The notes: a model not told the origin generated them from the sequence alone. 64,000 nt of DNA from Lama guanicoe (GCA_013239625.1 MU054187.1:17600711-17664710); one strand, 5' to 3'. Shown: positions 26,624 to 39,879, counted from the first letter of the stretch. Numbers and translations are program-made.

Positions 26624-27353
26624 AGAAGATTGGAGATAGAATTGGACTTTGAAAGCTTAGATTCTGATTTCTAGTGAGACTTTTTCACCACGCTTTTATG
26701 CCCAAGGGAAAAAACCTGGCCTGTACTGCCAGTGATGCCAGCACTACTTCAGAGACGTGTTCTGGAGCGACACTACTCCAATTTATTTTTAAAGCTTAAT
26801 TTTTTTGTTGTGAGTTTGTTTCTTAATTTTCTCAAGCTAGGATGGGAGGGAAAACAAACACTAAAATAACAATACTAACTATGTATCTGTGTGTGAGTGT
26901 AAGTGAGTGTTTGTGTGTGACTGTGTGTGTTTATAAGGATGAAAATACAAGAAGAAAAGGCAAGGCCAGAATCTATAAAGCTAAAGATTTTGATTTTCTC
27001 TTAGAAGCAAGGGAAAGCAATTGAATGATCTTGAAAACATAGTTGAAATAATCAGACTTGTGTGGCTACTAGGCTGTTCAAATAGAACAAAGGAGAAATG
27101 GTAGTGGCTCAGACTGAAATGATGGCAATGAATATGAAGAGAAATATTATATATATGTGTATATGTATGTATATGTATGAATATATATACATATATAGAA
27201 AGTGAAGAAAAGTAAGGAACTGAAGGTCATTCCTAGGTTTTTGTGTTGTGTGGATCATAGCACCAAGGAAGAAAGGATTTCCAGGATGGAACGGCGTGGA
27301 AGAAAAAATAATTGAAGTTTCCATTTTAGACATGTAAACTGCAGAGATGCCAA

Positions 27354-27482
27354 GCAGTGTATCTCCAATTTCCCCAAGGAAAAGAATCACCTGGGGAGCT
27401 TATTATATATATGGATTATCACCTATTCTGCCATAAATTCTGGTTCAGTAGTCTGAGTTGAGCACAAAGTACTGGATTTTTT
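27354..27482. mobile_element. MER5-like fragment
   Basis: 'agaatcacctggggagcttatt...ttctggttcagtagtctgagttgagc'. Confidence 0.55.
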
Positions 27483-27519
27483 TCACACTACAGGGGGAAA
27501 AAAAGAATATAGAAAATCT

Positions 27520-29380
27520 CTATCAACAGATACAGAGCGATTTCCAATATCTATTAAAGGCAGAGTTCAAAGGAGTATAGTGTGCTATTTTTCATGTAAG
27601 AAAGAAAAGACTGTAAGAAAATGCATGTATCTACTCATCAGTGTAAAAAGAAATGCAAGAAGGATAAACCAGAGACTAGTGTGACTAACGTCTAAGGAAG
27701 CAGATGGGAACTGGGCAGAAAGAAAGGAAGAACAGGAATGAGGTAGAAAGAATGAGGAGGGGATGACACTTGAATATGCCTTTTTTAAACAGTTCTAACT
27801 AAATCTATGAACATTTTTTGCATAGACAAGTAAACAAATAGTTAAAATCATGCAGGATTTGAAAGGATCGCCAACTGGATCACAAACAGTAACAAATAAA
27901 CCTAAGTTTTTTACAAATAAATAACAAAATCACACTGAAGGAGGCAGGGAAGAGCTGACCTAACTAACCCTGGAAAACAGCATTTTAATATACTGTAATT
28001 AAAAATACACTTAATATACACTGAAAAGCTAAAGACAAAAAGAACTGTACACATATACTGAACTTGTTAGTAAATTGTTTTTTCATAAAGGTCAATGTAA
28101 AGGTCAATGATAGTAAAGTATTTTATGTGTATTCCAGAACTGAACAAATATGTAAATAGATTGTAAATAGAAGAATTAGGTTTCTAATTGGTAGAGAAAA
28201 GAGTTACAAATAAGGAAAGGATAAGGAAGGCTAGAATAAACCTTTTGGTGTTGAATTGGAATCAAGGTATCAGTTTGAACTCATGTATCAATTTGAAGTT
28301 ACATATGTATGTGTACGTGTGCCTGCGTGGGTATGCATACACACACACACACACACACAATAGACAAGGTAAAGTAAAAGATGGTCTGGAGCATTTTGTG
28401 GTGCCAGAAAGTAAAGTACTACTCCAAAAATTGAATGGCCACATAGGAAAAACATAGAAGACAGCCTGAAGGAGTATCAATGACCAAATGTGGAACACTG
28501 AGAAACAAAATAATTAGTGATAGTAATGGATTTTAACCCATAGACTAAAATAGATATCCACAAGTTCACACTGATATATATATATATACACACACACACA
28601 TACTTACACACACAAATACACACACAATAACCAAATAAATACATAAATGAAGGAGAAGGAAAAAAATCTTCCTTACAGTCAAATTATAGTTAATAAATGT
28701 AGAAGGAATGATCAGAATTGGAAATGATCATTCCTCAAACGCCACAGTAATTGTTGGAGTCAGGAAGTATTGATGAATGCTAAAATTAATGTGGGAAAAT
28801 TAAACAAGAAGCAGGATACTTAAACAACCTCAAATAATTACAAAAAAGGAAAAATAGCAACTTTGCAGCTATCATTGTAATCAAGTCATCAAAGTTACCA
28901 TCACCAGTGATGAGCCATGCAGACTTCTTGCACCTCTAATGCGGTGTACTGAAAAGGGCATGGCATCTCTCCTGAAGTGTTCTTGTCAAGAAATACATAT
29001 CCTCAGTCTAAATGTGAAAATACCAAATAAACCCAAATAGAGACAAATTCTACAAAATGACTGGCTAGGATTTTCCACTAGTTCAAGGCCATAAAAGACA
29101 AAGAAAGACTGAGGAACTATCCTAGACTGGAGAAGAATGAGGAGCTATGGCAAGTAAATGCAACAAGGGATCCTAGATTTGAGCCTGGGCCACAAGACAG
29201 TAGGCAATATCTGAATGTGAGTCTATAAATTTGTTAATAGTATGATGTCATTGTAAACTTCCTGGTTTCAATCATTGTACTATGGTAATAAAAAATGTTA
29301 ACATTTTGGGAAACTGGGTAAAGGGTATTACAGGAACTCATAATGCTATGTTTGAAATTTTGGCGTAAACAAAACTTGAT
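27520..29380 (+). mobile_element. Old LINE-1 3'UTR (L1MD/MC-like)
   Basis: 'aaagaaagactgaggaactatcctagactggagaag...taaatgcaac..ggatcctagatt...gggaaactgggtaaagggta'. Confidence 0.8.
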
Positions 29381-29629
29381 AACACAGTTTCGTACAAACT
29401 CAGTTTGGACACTTCTAAACTGCTCTTTCATGTCCTCCTGGAAGAAAGCTCCTTGTTTAGGAATAATACTCATTCAGTGGGGGAAATAAGATTTGCACAG
29501 GAACAGTCCTGACATTTGTAGAGTGTGGCACAGGAAACAACTTCAAATGGCCATTTCAAGACATCATATACTTAAGAGTCACCATGAGTGGCACGTGTGA
29601 ACTATACAAATTTACGAGGAGTTGCAAAA

Positions 29630-29990
29630 CCATAGAATCATAGAGTTTTCTCACTGCAAAAAGGCTCAGCTTTTCCGACTTCTTAACTTCAACCTCTGCT
29701 AAACCACTTCAGTGACAGGGAGTTTATGATTGTAAAATGCAGTCTACTCTGTCGCTAAGAAGTTCTAGTCGTTAAAATAGTCATCCCTTTACCAACCTAA
29801 ACCTGGCTATCAGGCTAAAACCTTCAGCCACCCGGGCTAAAAGCTTCAGCCACCACCTAGCTCCCTCCTGGCCTTATCTCATCTATTCCCAGTTCCTTCA
29901 GGTAATTATCATATATTTTAGATCCCAGACACTGTACTGAATTGGCCACTTTCTTCAGCATAATTGCTCATTTGTTGAATGTGATGTTTT
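29630..29990 (-). mobile_element. L3/CR1 LINE remnant
   Basis: 'catagaatcatagag' terminal repeat and 'cagtgacagggagtttatg...gttctagtcgttaaaatagtc'. Confidence 0.55.
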
Positions 29991-30489
29991 AAGACTAAAA
30001 GGAGTTGTTTGCTGTTTTCTGTAAAATATTCAAACATAAAATTTCCAATCAACCAACAATTCTTCACCTAACATGATTCATGTACACCATTGAAAAGTAA
30101 AATTACAAATTCAAATTATTTCATTCTTAAGAAATGATCAGAACACATACATATCTGTAATGTGCAGGAAATGTAAATTTTCTCTCTGTGCATCTGTAAC
30201 TCTGCCCTGTTGATGCTCCCTAGCGATGTGTGTGGGATATCCTGCTGTTTACTAAGAAGTTAGCCATGAAAAATATTCTTTCTTCCAAACAGATATACAT
30301 ATATGAATTTTTATTCTCTGTTTTTGCGTGTATCTCACTTGTATTATTCATCTATAGGTACTCAAGTGCATTCACCAAACTGCATCATATGCTTCAAAGT
30401 AGATCACTTCAGCTTTTATGAGATTATTATACTTATTAACCAATATTTGAGCCCTTAATATGTGCCAGTCATTTTAGCCTGTTAAGCAC

Positions 30490-30705
30490 AGAGGTCCAGA
30501 GCATGGAATTGAAAGTATACATACTTAATTTGAGCAAATTGCTTAATCTTTCTAAGCCTTCATGTTTGTACGTGTAAAGTGAGAATAATTACAATATTGA
30601 ACTCATAAGGTAGGTGGTAGAAAACATCTAGGTGCTAAGAGCTCATTTGACTACCTGACAATAAGTATTCATTCATTGTTAACATAATGGTGATGATGAT
30701 GACAA
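30490..30705 (+). mobile_element. MIR SINE
   Basis: 'ttgagcaaattgcttaatctttctaagccttc...gtaaagtgagaataat...acctgacaataagtattc'. Confidence 0.7.
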
Positions 30706-32399
30706 TGATGCAGCTACCAGCAGGTGTCCTTATTAGGCCTGTAAGAATGGGTGAATAAGCCACAAGATCATGCCTGTGTGCATTTTCTTTCTAAGGCTGG
30801 GCTGCCTTTGCCTTCTCACCTCCAGTTCCCACTCCTCATGTGTTTAAAGATCTCCCAAGATAGTTCAGGTCCTCTCGTCTATGAAGCTATTCTGAACTAC
30901 TTCTCTAGAATAAACTTAAAATAACTTGCTAGCATTTCTATCAATTTATATGAAGTACAAACTTCTGCAGTGGAATGTATGACACTTTCTCGCAATTTTT
31001 GTCTCTACATCAGCCTGCAACTCTTTTGAGGAAAGAAACTGGGTCTTATTCCCAGAACCTAAACCAGTACCAGCTCATGTCATAAATGCTTAGTTAAGTT
31101 ATTTTTTCCAGTATGTTAAGGAAAACTCTTACTGAAAAGTCAGATTTGTTGATATTCACGCAGTCTTAAGAATGGACTTTCTCATAACTTGTATAAATCC
31201 GTATGTAGCAAGTGAAATTAATCCATGGCAAGCTTTATTTATATTTATGTAATCTTAAACTAATTTAAAAAAAGCCATCTGATCCTTCCGGGTTAAGCTA
31301 CAAACATTAAGCATTTTAACACTATAGAAGGGAGAGACTGACTAGATTTCTTTCACAATTGTATATTCTCACATTTTAAAATAATGTCAAAATTTTAACT
31401 TTATTAACTGTCTTCTTCTTCCAGATTCAGCTAAAGTGTGGCTCTTAACATAATCCCAAGTTCTGAAGCTACTAGAAGAAGGTAAACACCTAGTGATTTC
31501 AACCTCTTTTGGTCAGCCTCAGCATTTCGTCAGAAACAATTCCTATTGACCACAATATCTGCACTTTCAGTCTATTTTTCCCCTACCAAAAACAAGAAAA
31601 AAGTTCAGCGAGAGTTCCAGAATCATCCAGAAGGGGGCAAACATGCTTTATACACACAATGAAGAGAAACTTAGTAATAAACTGGTTACATTGAGGAAAA
31701 AATGGAGGTGGAGTTAATAGTGACATTTGACCCATGTTAGAAAGGAAACACTGCTACATATGCTTTAAAGATAAGATGTTTGTTTAATGTTTACACTTTA
31801 CTCCTATTTTCAGTGCCAGAGGAAGCACTCCTGGAGGTTGGAGCCAGGTGTAACAGACTAATGTCTCTTCACAGAGAAGCAAAGCACTTGAAATCACTGC
31901 AAGCTGTTATACAAATTTATATTCTAAAAACTTGAAAATTAAAAATAGTCTTGTAAAATTCATTTCTGAAAGACTTTATCAAAAATGCTTACCTCATCTC
32001 AGATAATGTCATCGACTTAAGATTAAGAAATTACAAACAGGAATTCAGCTGAAAGAAACACACAGAGATCCTGTGTAACTGAGTGAACTGTGGGGGTTCT
32101 CACTGTGTTTGCTCTTGCCATAATTGTCAGTCAAGATTTTCAGCTCTTGTGACCCAGACATACAGCTAAAACCAAGTGTAGTGCTCCAGGCCTAACTCCG
32201 CAATTCTCTGCCTCTCCTGATTAGAGTCCACGGTCCATCATTAGAATCACACTTCAATGTAGGCTCTGTGAAGTTCCTGGGCCCTCATTCTCAGTCCTGT
32301 TGGCCTTGCAAAACGCTGGCCCTAGTGAAATAGAACCTTAGGCCAACTCAGCCACTGTGCCAAGCTCCTAAACATGGCTGGATTAAAAAACAAGCAACA

Positions 32400-34290
32400 G
32401 CGCTAACTGATCTCATTTAAATTCATGGCCACTTACCCCTTGTGAACTTAGTGCTTACTGGAAAACTGACTTCTTAATTCTCTTTTCTTCTGTCCTAGAC
32501 GACAATTTCATAACTCCTCTTTCTTTACATCTACAACATCTCTTTATCTAAATTCTCTGCTGCTTCTTATTTCACTGACAGTACGGGAGGGATCAGAATA
32601 GAATATCCATAAGCTCCTAACATCAAGTCTGCTAACCTACCTGGGTCTACCTGAAACCACCTGTTCTACCTTCCATCCTAATTTAGTGGAAGAAATGTTT
32701 GTCCTCTAAATCCAAGCCCTCCACTCTGCACTTGATGTCTCCCCTTTTGCCTAATCAGGGATTTCTCTTCTACTGTGTCTCCTCTTCCCTGCACCTGAAG
32801 GAGTACAAAGCAAACTGAAAAACTGACTTCCCTGAGGCGAAAACCAATTGCTGATTTGTTCTTTACTGAGAATCACTTTAACCAGAGGCTATGCTCCAGG
32901 AAGGAGATAACAGGCTGATAATCTCAGAAGAATGGGCAGACCCTCCGGAGTTCCTCCTGAAGATTTCTTGAGGTTAAGAGGAATGGAGCACCCTGTAAAA
33001 TGCCCTGATTTTTATCACCTTTTCTGCTCCATCCAGTTTTTCTATAAAACCTCAAGGCCCCAACCCGATGGGCTCGCAGTCTTTGGGGCACTAGCGTGCT
33101 GTGACTCCCCTTGCTGGATGGAGCGAAAAAGCTGCTCTTTTCTTTGCTCCCAAAACTCTGCCTCTGAGTTTGAATTCACTTTTCGGGGTGCAGTGACCGA
33201 TTTTTCCGTAACACATCTTCCATTATTTGCTCTCTACTAGATGTTCCTATCAGTATACAAAGATCTAATGTTTCTCATTTTAAAGGAAAAAAAAATTCTA
33301 ATCATTGCCCCACGCTCTGCTCCTTTTTATAGCAAAACTACTCAAAAAAGATAGCTCTACTTAACATTTCCATTTTTTTCTCCCACTTATCTACTTCTGC
33401 CCTCTCCACTACATAGAAACTTTTCTTCTCAACGTTATCAGTTACATCTATGTGTCCAAGTCCTATCACCTTAATTTATTAGGAGGACTAATATTCACTC
33501 CCTCTTCCTTCTTAAAGCTTTCCACTTGGCCCATGGGACAGTTCCTCTTATCTTCCTGCTCACTTCTTCCCATGGCCTTCTCGTACCCTCCTAGAGAATC
33601 CTCTACATATCAGAGTATCTTATGGCTCAGTCTTTCAAAGTCATCTATCCTCCGCCTATACCTACTTACAAAGTGATTTCATCTCAAAGACTTTTCATAC
33701 CATGATGATTTACTAACTTTCATCTATAGCCATGCTATCTCTTGCTGCTGAATTTCAGACTAGTATATCCAGTTGTCTGCTTCCGGGATTCACTAAGATA
33801 TGACAGGCATCACAAACCTAGCATGTCCGAAAACAAACTCCTAGTCCCCTAAAGATCTCTCCTGACCATTGCCTAAAAGTCCCTCAATGATTTCCACTTA
33901 CCTACCTTTCTAACCTCATCAATTTCCCCTTTGGTCATTTCACTACAAACAAAACTAACTTCCCCGTCTCTGAAACACATGAAGCAGAAGCCCATCTATC
34001 TGCAAATGCCAAACCTCTTTTTCAATGTATTCATGGCTTGCTCCCACACTTCTTCCAAATCTCTGCTCAAACGTTCCCTGACCACCCTATATAATCGCCC
34101 CACCCTTGCATCATTACACTGCTCCTTCATGGTCCTTTCCACCAACTACATCTATGCATTTATGCTCATCTCCTTCCACTGGAGCATAAGATCCATAAGG
34201 AAGAGATTTCTTTGTTCACTCCTGTGTCTCCAGTGCCTAGAACAGCAGCACATATTAGACACCCCATTAATATCTGCTGAATGAATATCA
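32400..34290 (+). mobile_element. LINE-2 3' portion, interrupted by a solo LTR
   Basis: 'aaatccaagccctccactctgcacttgat', 'ctgaatttcagactagtatatccagttgtctg', 3' end 'ctccagtgcctagaacag...taatatctgctgaatgaat'. Confidence 0.8.
32796..33213 (+). mobile_element. ERV1-like solo LTR (418 bp)
   Basis: TG...CA ends (tgaagg...gtaaca); 4-bp TSD cacc/catc (one mismatch); TATAAAA 33043-33049; L2 text resumes across the insertion. Confidence 0.85.
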
Positions 34291-36519
34291 GTTTGCCTGA
34301 TGACCAAACAACAGTTCATTGAAACTTACTTTTTAATCACATTTCAATTTCCTTTTTTTATTAAATTGGATTTGAAAACAATGAATAATTACAGGGACAT
34401 AATTCTTTATAAATACTACTCAATAATCTATTGATTACAATCAAAAAGCTTTCTGTAGAGTCTACTTTTCTGCAGAAGGGATGTATTGGTTTCATCAAAC
34501 TCTTTAAAACACCTCAAATTAAAAAAATTCAGAGTATTGCAAAGTGGATGGTTTTACTTCATGACCCCACATGATGATGCTTTACACAAGGGTTTGTTTG
34601 AGAATCCCTTACATCACACTATTGAATGTATCATATGCCATTTACCAAGCATGTCACTTAAGCAAATATGCATTTCACAACTAAGTCTAGAGTTCCAGTT
34701 ACAGGATACTACCTGTCTTACACTGATACGTCAGTCAGCTCCTTACCAGTAAAAACAACGTGAATTCTTAGCAATGTCTAAAGACACAGATGCTGTTCTG
34801 TTTGTAGTCACTACTCTCCTTTCATGTTCCTATCTCTGTCACAGATATTCAGTATCACATACCAAGCTTCATGTGTATGATCATTTTCTCACACTGTTGT
34901 ATTATCAGTGCTTTCATATTAATGCAGGAAATTTTTAGTTTATCTGTAATTCCTTGAATGCAACTCTATTTCTGTTACCATAGCTTTGTTTTCCCTGAAT
35001 TACGTCTATGCATATTTTACATGATGTACTTTCTGACCTCATTGACAAAGTAGATGTTTATCATAAAATTTAAGATTTCTGTAGAGCATGATTAATCAAC
35101 ACACACAAAGGTGCTATTATTATAAAAATTCTTCTCTACCCTTTCACGTAAGTCAAAGTTACATAAAACAATATTGATTATTGTGCATTAAGTGCCCAAT
35201 CCTTTCTAGTAAACTAAGTTCCCAGCTTTAGGCAGACCCCCCATGTGGTGATAAGAGCTTGAGACCTGGCAGTCAGTGGGTGACAGGCGCTGGGCCAAAT
35301 CACCCTGACAGTTCCTCTCCATAATAAATCTGAGAAGCTAATCTCTGCTACATTGCTAATGGCTGCTAATGAGATACTGAGTACTCAGTCACTCGGCTTG
35401 ATAGTGTTTTTGCATTTAAATGGGACCTTTCTGGAAGGACTCCTTAACCTAAAGGGGTGGTTTGAATGCTGGCAGCTTTGATACACGGCCTCTGGCTCTG
35501 GTTTCAGAGTGTCATTGCAGAGACTCATGATATCATTAGGGTGTTTGATCTCTAACTCCAGAATATCAGAAAGGAAGCATTGCAGACCTCCAAGTCATGA
35601 TTTGAAGATTGTTTTGTTTTGTTTTTAAAAGGATTGTGCAATGAAAAGTCATGGAGTAAAAAATTGATCTCTTTCACGTCACTCTAGTCACTACTCATTA
35701 AATTAAATTATCTGGCCTACTGGTGTGTGTCAAGTTCCAAGCAAACAGAATCAAACCCATTATGTTGACATAAGACATTTCTCATTTCTTTTTTTCTCTT
35801 TTTCTTTCTAGTTCCCTTATGCCTCTCGCTATGGTATAGTATCTGAAGCAGTTCATTCCTGCCATTGAACATCTTTAATTTTTGTCTTTTCTCTAGCACC
35901 ATCAACATCAGTTATCCTCCATGAGTAGAAAGAATCTGGTAAGAGTACTTTGATGGTTGAAGGAACCTAAGTTATCACGAGAAACTGTCTAAACCTCCAG
36001 TAAGTCTGGCTTCACAGAATGCAAACTCTACCAGGAAGGACAATACACTATGTTCTGGGATTGTCCCAAATCGCCACACTAATTCCCCGCTGCCTCACAT
36101 AAATTGAAAGAAAAGATTAAACATCTACGTTCACTCTTAAGGACAAGCCTATGTAATAACCATTGCTCTCCTTATTTCAAAAATGAGACAAAGTCGGGTT
36201 ATGAATGGAAAGATCCAAGCCTTTGTCTGTTGACCTACAAAACCCCTGACCTTCAGAGTCATCCTAGTCTTCTGGTTCCCCTCATCTTCTCATTCTCCCT
36301 TAACTTTATGTGAATCTTTACCTCCAACACCTGACACCTAGCAAACCCTTCAACTAAACCAGCATGTTCTCTCTTCAAAGGTATTTAGAACTTTAAAGGA
36401 GTTAGAAGCCTGCTCAAGTGGACAAAGATAACATTTATCAAGTATGAGCTCCCTGTAACATCTGCACCAGGCATTTCACATCATCACATTCATCACCAAA
36501 CCTCACAATAACTTCCTGT

Positions 36520-36905
36520 GGCCGGGATCCTCACCTTCTTTTTACCGTGGCTCCCTTTGACAATCTGGATCGGTCCACTTAAGTCTTCTTAAAATAACAT
36601 ATTCTTAAAACTATTTTGTTTGTTTTTTAGAAGGGGATAAATGAGGTTTATTTATTTATGTATTTAATGAAGACACTGGGGATTGAGCCCAGGAACTCTA
36701 CCATTGAGCTACACCCTCCCTGCAAAATAACACTTTTAAATTCATAAAGTATATAGAATTTCAATGGAAACTAACTGCTAATTTTTAAATGCAGTTATTA
36801 GAATATTTTAAAAGCCAAATTTATGATATAGAAATATATGAGCATTTAAACTCATTAAATAGCAAGATGTAACAGAGATTCTATGAACTACTAAGAAACA
36901 GTGAT
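36520..36905 (+). mobile_element. MER119-like hAT-Charlie element, 5' half
   Basis: 'ccctttgacaatctgg...aaatgcagttattagaatatttt...aaatttatgatatag...cattaaatagcaagat'. Confidence 0.7.
36614..36720 (-). mobile_element. Vic-1-like SINE with internal deletion
   Basis: Reverse strand gggagggtgtagctcaatggtagagttcctgggctcaatccccagtgtcttc plus (AAAT)n tail; flanking repeat aaaataaca at 36591 and 36724. Confidence 0.85.
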
Positions 36906-36909
36906 GTTG

Positions 36910-37370
36910 GGAGATGGGTTAACAATTCTGATACACATGCACTGGAATTGAACAATAAAGTACATAGATGGCAGATGGTGATAGCCACATTTCTCACTAT
37001 TGAAGTGTGAATTACACATAAGCAAGAGGAAGAAGTGAAAATAATCTGTGTTAATGGGTTATAGTTGCAGATATCAGTATACACTCACTTAGCTCAATCT
37101 AGACATAGATAGTTACATATATGTGTATATACATGAGTTCATATACATATATTTCTCTGCACTCTCATTTAAGAGAGCCTAAACAAATGATACCCCATTA
37201 GCAACTAGCACACCTAGAGCCCGGATCTTGGTTTCTGTTATCATTCTCCAATAAAAGGAATCAGGGCTCCCTGGAGAAATGACTGAGTCTAGGACTGGGG
37301 CAGGAATATGCAAAATAAGCCCGGAACATCTTGTGGTACCAGAAAGTTAGGAAATGTAAACACATATAAT

Positions 37371-37409
<39 letters not shown>

Positions 37410-38297
37410 CAAACAGAGTATGCCAAAGAAACAAAAGCACCAACAGAAAGAACTCCTAAAGGGCAAAGCTGGAACAATTTTGGAATAATTTGAACAAAGT
37501 AAAGCGGTATTAGATTTTAACCCAAGTATAAAATAAATACCTACAAATCTCTGATACAAATAAATAATTGAATAAACTACTATTTAGGGGAAAATAGACA
37601 AATCTCGCAGAAGAATTCTGAATACTTTATGTACATACTCTGCCCTCAAGGAGGTTGAGCATAACTCTCCATTCCTTAGGTGTGAGCTTGACAGAGTGAC
37701 TTCCACCAAGTGCAGTGTGGAAGGAGTGGAGGAGTAACTCTAGAGTGGAGAAATATGAGATGCTACCCCAGCCAGGTTATCATGGTCAACATCAACAGTC
37801 AAATCACTTTGATAGTATATACCCTTGATACGATGTTATAAATATGGCCCATTATCTGTGGTTGTCCTCCCAATAAACCACAATCCCATTCTTATCATGA
37901 AAAAAGCATCAGACACATGACATTAGTGGGTTCTGCTACAGAGTACTTGACCACCACTCCTCAAAACCATCAAGGTTATCAAAAACAGGAAAAGCCTGAG
38001 AAACGATCACATCCCAGAGGAGTCGAAGGGGACTTGATAACTAAATGAAATGCAGTATCCTGGATGGAAACCTGAAACAGAATTAAGGACATTAGATAAA
38101 AGCTGAGGAAATCTGAATGAAGTACAGACTTTGGTTAATATTGTAGTATTAATATTGGTTCTTCAATTGTAGCAAAAATACCATACTAGTATAAGGTGTT
38201 AATAATAGAAGAAATTGGGAATGGGATACGTAAGAACTCCATACTATCTCCTTAATTTTTCTGTACATCTAAAACCATTCTAAAAATATATAGTCTA
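36910..38297 (+). mobile_element. Old LINE-1 3'UTR (L1MC/MD-like) containing (CA)n at 37374-37408
   Basis: 'cccggatcttggtttctg..atcattctccaataaaaggaatcagggctccctggagaaatg', 'ctcctcaaaaccatcaaggttatcaaaaacagg'. Confidence 0.85.
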
Positions 38298-38717
38298 GGC
38301 CTATCCATGGAGATCATCATTCTATGTAAATTTAAGTCAGAAAGAGAAAGAAAAATACCATATATCATTCATATGTGGAATCTAAAAAAAAGAAAAAAAG
38401 ACGCAAAAGTACTTGTTTACAAAACTGAAACAGACTCATAGACATAGAAAACAAACTTATGGTTACCAAGGGGGAATGGGGGGTGGGAAGGGATAAATTG
38501 GAAGTTTGAGATTTGCAGATACTAATGACTATATATAAAACAGATAAACAAGTTTCTTCTGTATAGCACAAGGAACTGTATTTAATATTTTATAGTAACC
38601 TATAATGAAAAAGAATATGAAAAGAAATATATGTATATCTATGACTGAAACATTATGCTTTAGACCAGAAATTGACACCGACTACACCTCAGTTAAATAA
38701 ATAAATAAATAAAAGTC
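38298..38717 (+). mobile_element. Cetartiodactyl-type LINE-1 3' end
   Basis: Collinear with 6600-7014 ('gggataaattggaagtttgagatttgcagatactaa'); (AAAT)n tail; 'agtcta' on both flanks. Confidence 0.92.
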
Positions 38718-38764
38718 TATTAAATAAAACAAAAAAGGCAACAATGATTTCATTGTAACATTAG

Positions 38765-38982
38765 GGTAGTGATATTTTGAGATACCAAAAAAAAATGCAA
38801 TGGAAATTATCTGTGACATCTATTGGTGACAAAGTCACACATACTTCTAATATTACTGTGTTTGTTGTCTGCATTTATATTTAGAGGAAATGTTAAATTT
38901 CAGTTAGATGTTAGTGAAATTAAAGATGCAATATTCCCTTCCAGATTCCACATACCCTTTGATGCATATTAAGAACTCCCTG
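38765..38982 (+). mobile_element. MER119-like element, 3' half
   Basis: 'tctattggtgacaaagtcacac...aaatttcagttagatgttagtgaaattaaagatg...ttaagaactccctg'. Confidence 0.75.
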
Positions 38983-39879
38983 CTTTTTGGTCTTATTTAT
39001 GGACTAATTTTATGAAAGTAAAGCTCAGATTGATGAATTAGGTTGTTTCAGCTTCCAAAAAGTATGCATTCCAGGGTCAAGACTTCTTACTGAGTTTTGC
39101 TGGAACGCTGTTTACTATACTATCTCCCAATTTTGGAACTGCTAAACAGAGGGTTGGGAACACCTCATAGATCAAAAGTACTGCCTCGGTCCTGTGTAAT
39201 TGCAGTATTTAGGTTGCTGAGCATATCCAAGGGTAAAGCTGGCCCAGATCTAGTGACGGGCAATTAATTCTAAACGCAAGTTGAATGGGAGAACTCCACT
39301 CACACAGAACCCTAGTGTTAAAGAGCCTCTCTACTTGGGAATGGCTCAACATTGGGTAAAGAAACTCTGGTTCAGCTGTAAATACAGCTCATCCTTGACC
39401 TTTTTTCCCCCCCTTAAATCCTCAAACTGCTGATCTGGTCAGTTCAGGAGAGCAAGAAGAGGGAAGGAGGGAGGGAGGAAGACTGAGACAGAACGAAAGA
39501 TAGCTGGTGCCAATTTAAAGAGAGAAAGGCTTATATGCATATATGCTCATATTATTCCTGAAGCCAATTCTGATACCTTCGGGAAAGAGAGATACAGCCA
39601 TCTGTTAATGTGGATTCAGCTTCTTTGTTTCCAAATGTTATAGCTGTCACCAGAACAGCCATCCCAGTTGGGGTAGGGCGGGGTGTGGGGGTTTAGAGAG
39701 GGAACATCTGTCCACTAAGTGCACCACTGAACAGCAAAAAGTCCTAGGGCGACCCATCTCTCTTTCCTTGAGTGCTTTCTCTAGTCGGTCCTACTTCTCC
39801 AATCCTTTGGGAGTTTCCTGTTCCATTACGTAGGCAAGAGGGCGAGAGGTTCCAGCTTTCATAATTGTGAGTGGTTTGG

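Noticed and set aside
29813..29854. Short direct repeats (22-bp period here; 20-bp at 16114-16153; 27-bp at 46681-46734) as CRISPR-like or functional arrays
   Set aside because: Only two adjacent units each and no spacers; ordinary slippage duplications
35376..35389. Perfect 14-bp palindrome actgagtactcagt
   Set aside because: Several palindromes of this size are expected by chance in 64 kb of AT-rich DNA
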